Origin: Bdellovibrionia bacterium
GTDB taxonomy: Bacteria > Bdellovibrionota > UBA1018
NCBI GenBank assembly: GCA_045805065.1
Contig: JBJMMA010000224.1
Span: 1-27,274, forward strand
Reading direction: 5' to 3'
DNA: 27,274 bases
Part shown: positions 26,116-27,274 of the stretch, piece after piece
Layout: every line of letters begins with the position of its first letter
Position numbering within the stretch: the first letter of the stretch is position 1
Translations under genes and position numbers: made by a program
Notes under the pieces: generated by a model
The model's input: only the letters and a program-made list of their open reading frames with translations
Told to the model about the DNA's origin: nothing
Databases searched by the model: none

Positions 26116-26322
26116 GTGAGAACCTTCATTCAAGCGCCTATTTGGTTAATGCTCCTTTGGCTGGTGCCTTTCACTGCATTGCTTGGCTTGTCTTCGTGTG
26201 GCGTGAAAGCGCCACCGCTTCCGCCGGAAGCTTCGACTCCTCAGCAAGCTGATAAAGGGGGCTGGAGTCCCGATCGCACCACGCGACCCTCTCCTTCACC
26301 ATCCCCGTCCCCCCGCCAATAA
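26116..26322 (+). CDS. Small lipoprotein of the LptM/YifL (LppL) family
   Basis: LSSC-GVKAPPLPP resembles CGxKGPLxxP; disordered PS-repeat tail; lies directly before lysA, as lppL does in Pseudomonas. Confidence 0.7.
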   Translation: MRTFIQAPIWLMLLWLVPFTALLGLSSCGVKAPPLPPEASTPQQADKGGWSPDRTTRPSPSPSPSPRQ

Positions 26323-26342
26323 ACTGCGAGACTAAAAATTTT

Positions 26343-27274
26343 ATGAGCAAACCGCTCGATTTTTTCACTTATCAATCCGGAAGCCTGACTGCAGACGATG
26401 TGTCTCTGACCGAAGTGGCCGACATGATCGGAACGCCTGTCTATGTTTATTCAGCCAGTGCGTTCCAAACTCCATTGCGCGAGCTTCAAAAGGGGCTCAC
26501 GGGATTGGATCATCTCATCTGCTTTGCAGTGAAATCCAACTCCAACATCGCCATCTTGAAGCTTCTTGCCGAAGCAGGCGCCGGAATGGATCTTGTCTCG
26601 GGAGGCGAGCTTTACCGTGCCCAGGCAGCAGGCGTCCCGGGTGACCGAATTGTTTTCTCAGGCGTTGGCAAAACTCCTGGCGAAATCGTAGCAGCGCTTC
26701 AGTACGACAAAAATGGAATCCTCTCTTTTAATGTCGAGTCGGTTTCTGAACTTGAAATGATCAATGCGGTCGCCAATGAGCTCGGTGTCGTTGCAAAAGT
26801 CGCCCTGCGCTTTAATCCGGACATCGACGCCAAAACCCATCCTTATATTTCCACGGGACTTAAGAAAAATAAGTTCGGGATGAATCGCAAGGAGATCATC
26901 GAAGTTGCACGAGCGCTTCGCAATGATCCCGCGCATTTTTCAGGATTGAAGATCGAAGGCATCAGCATCCACATTGGAAGCCAGCTCCTTTCTCTGACTC
27001 CACTGAAGGCTTCCTTCATCAAGCTCCGCGAGCTTGTTGATGAGCTTGAGGAAATCCTGCCCGAGCCTCTTCGCTTCTTGGATCTGGGCGGAGGAATGGG
27101 CATTACATACAAGAACGAAAAGCCTTTCCCGATCTCAAAGTACTGCGCCTTGGTTCATCAGTATTTTGGCAAGAAGGCAAAATTCAAGCATCCTAAACGC
27201 ATTCTGCTTGAGCCAGGAAGAATGATCTCTGGCAATGCGGGTGTGCTTCTCACCTCCGTTCTTTTTCGCAAGGA
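26343..27274 (+). CDS. lysA: Diaminopimelate decarboxylase, 3'-truncated by the window edge (not in the ORF track)
   Basis: Manual translation from ATG 26343: MSKPLDFFTYQSG...GTPVYVYS...CFAVKSNSN...DLVSGGEL...IVFSGVGKT...NVES...THPYISTGLKKNKFG...HIGSQ...DLGGG...EPGR. Confidence 0.96.
   Translation, partial: MSKPLDFFTYQSGSLTADDVSLTEVADMIGTPVYVYSASAFQTPLRELQKGLTGLDHLICFAVKSNSNIAILKLLAEAGAGMDLVSGGELYRAQAAGVPGDRIVFSGVGKTPGEIVAALQYDKNGILSFNVESVSELEMINAVANELGVVAKVALRFNPDIDAKTHPYISTGLKKNKFGMNRKEIIEVARALRNDPAHFSGLKIEGISIHIGSQLLSLTPLKASFIKLRELVDELEEILPEPLRFLDLGGGMGITYKNEKPFPISKYCALVHQYFGKKAKFKHPKRILLEPGRMISGNAGVLLTSVLFRK

Noticed and set aside
26285..26315. Pro-Ser repeat DNA (and similar Q/P/S repeats at about 20990-21300)
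   Set aside because: Low-complexity protein linkers with varied codons; not a CRISPR array or mobile repeat.
1..27274. CRISPR array, defence system, toxin-antitoxin or biosynthetic cluster
   Set aside because: No regularly spaced repeats or diagnostic domains seen by eye; intergenic gaps are too short for an array.

Overview
This is a gene-dense bacterial chromosomal segment of roughly 50-55% GC (estimated by eye). It most likely comes from a Bdellovibrionota/Oligoflexia-type organism, inferred from the MCP signature [18 protein letters not shown], the spoVG-tRNA-Gln pair, DUF1844 and the many lipoproteins. I saw no CRISPR array, rRNA, transposase or integrase. Left to right it holds: a small membrane protein and an LpqC-type esterase; an MCP; pirin; a secreted M28 aminopeptidase; tRNA-Gln(TTG) and spoVG; a minus-strand run (GAF protein, PilT-family ATPase, degenerate HtpX-like protein, DUF1844, DegP/HtrA, ClpB); lipoproteins and a PilZ-like membrane protein; the peptidoglycan-recycling genes anmK, amgK and murU, split by a small accessory insert; a degenerate M48 lipoprotein; a double-LysM lipoprotein; a deoxynucleoside kinase; citrate synthase; a TPR protein; and an OMP-lptM-lysA operon, with lysA truncated by the window edge and absent from the ORF track. 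The best candidates for something new are the stand-alone GAF + PilT + pseudo-protease unit, two independently inactivated M48 homologues, an anti-Shine-Dalgarno element inside a sigma28-like promoter spacer, several apparently leaderless genes, and a tRNA terminator complementary to its own tRNA. All protein calls rest on motifs read by eye; no database search was run.
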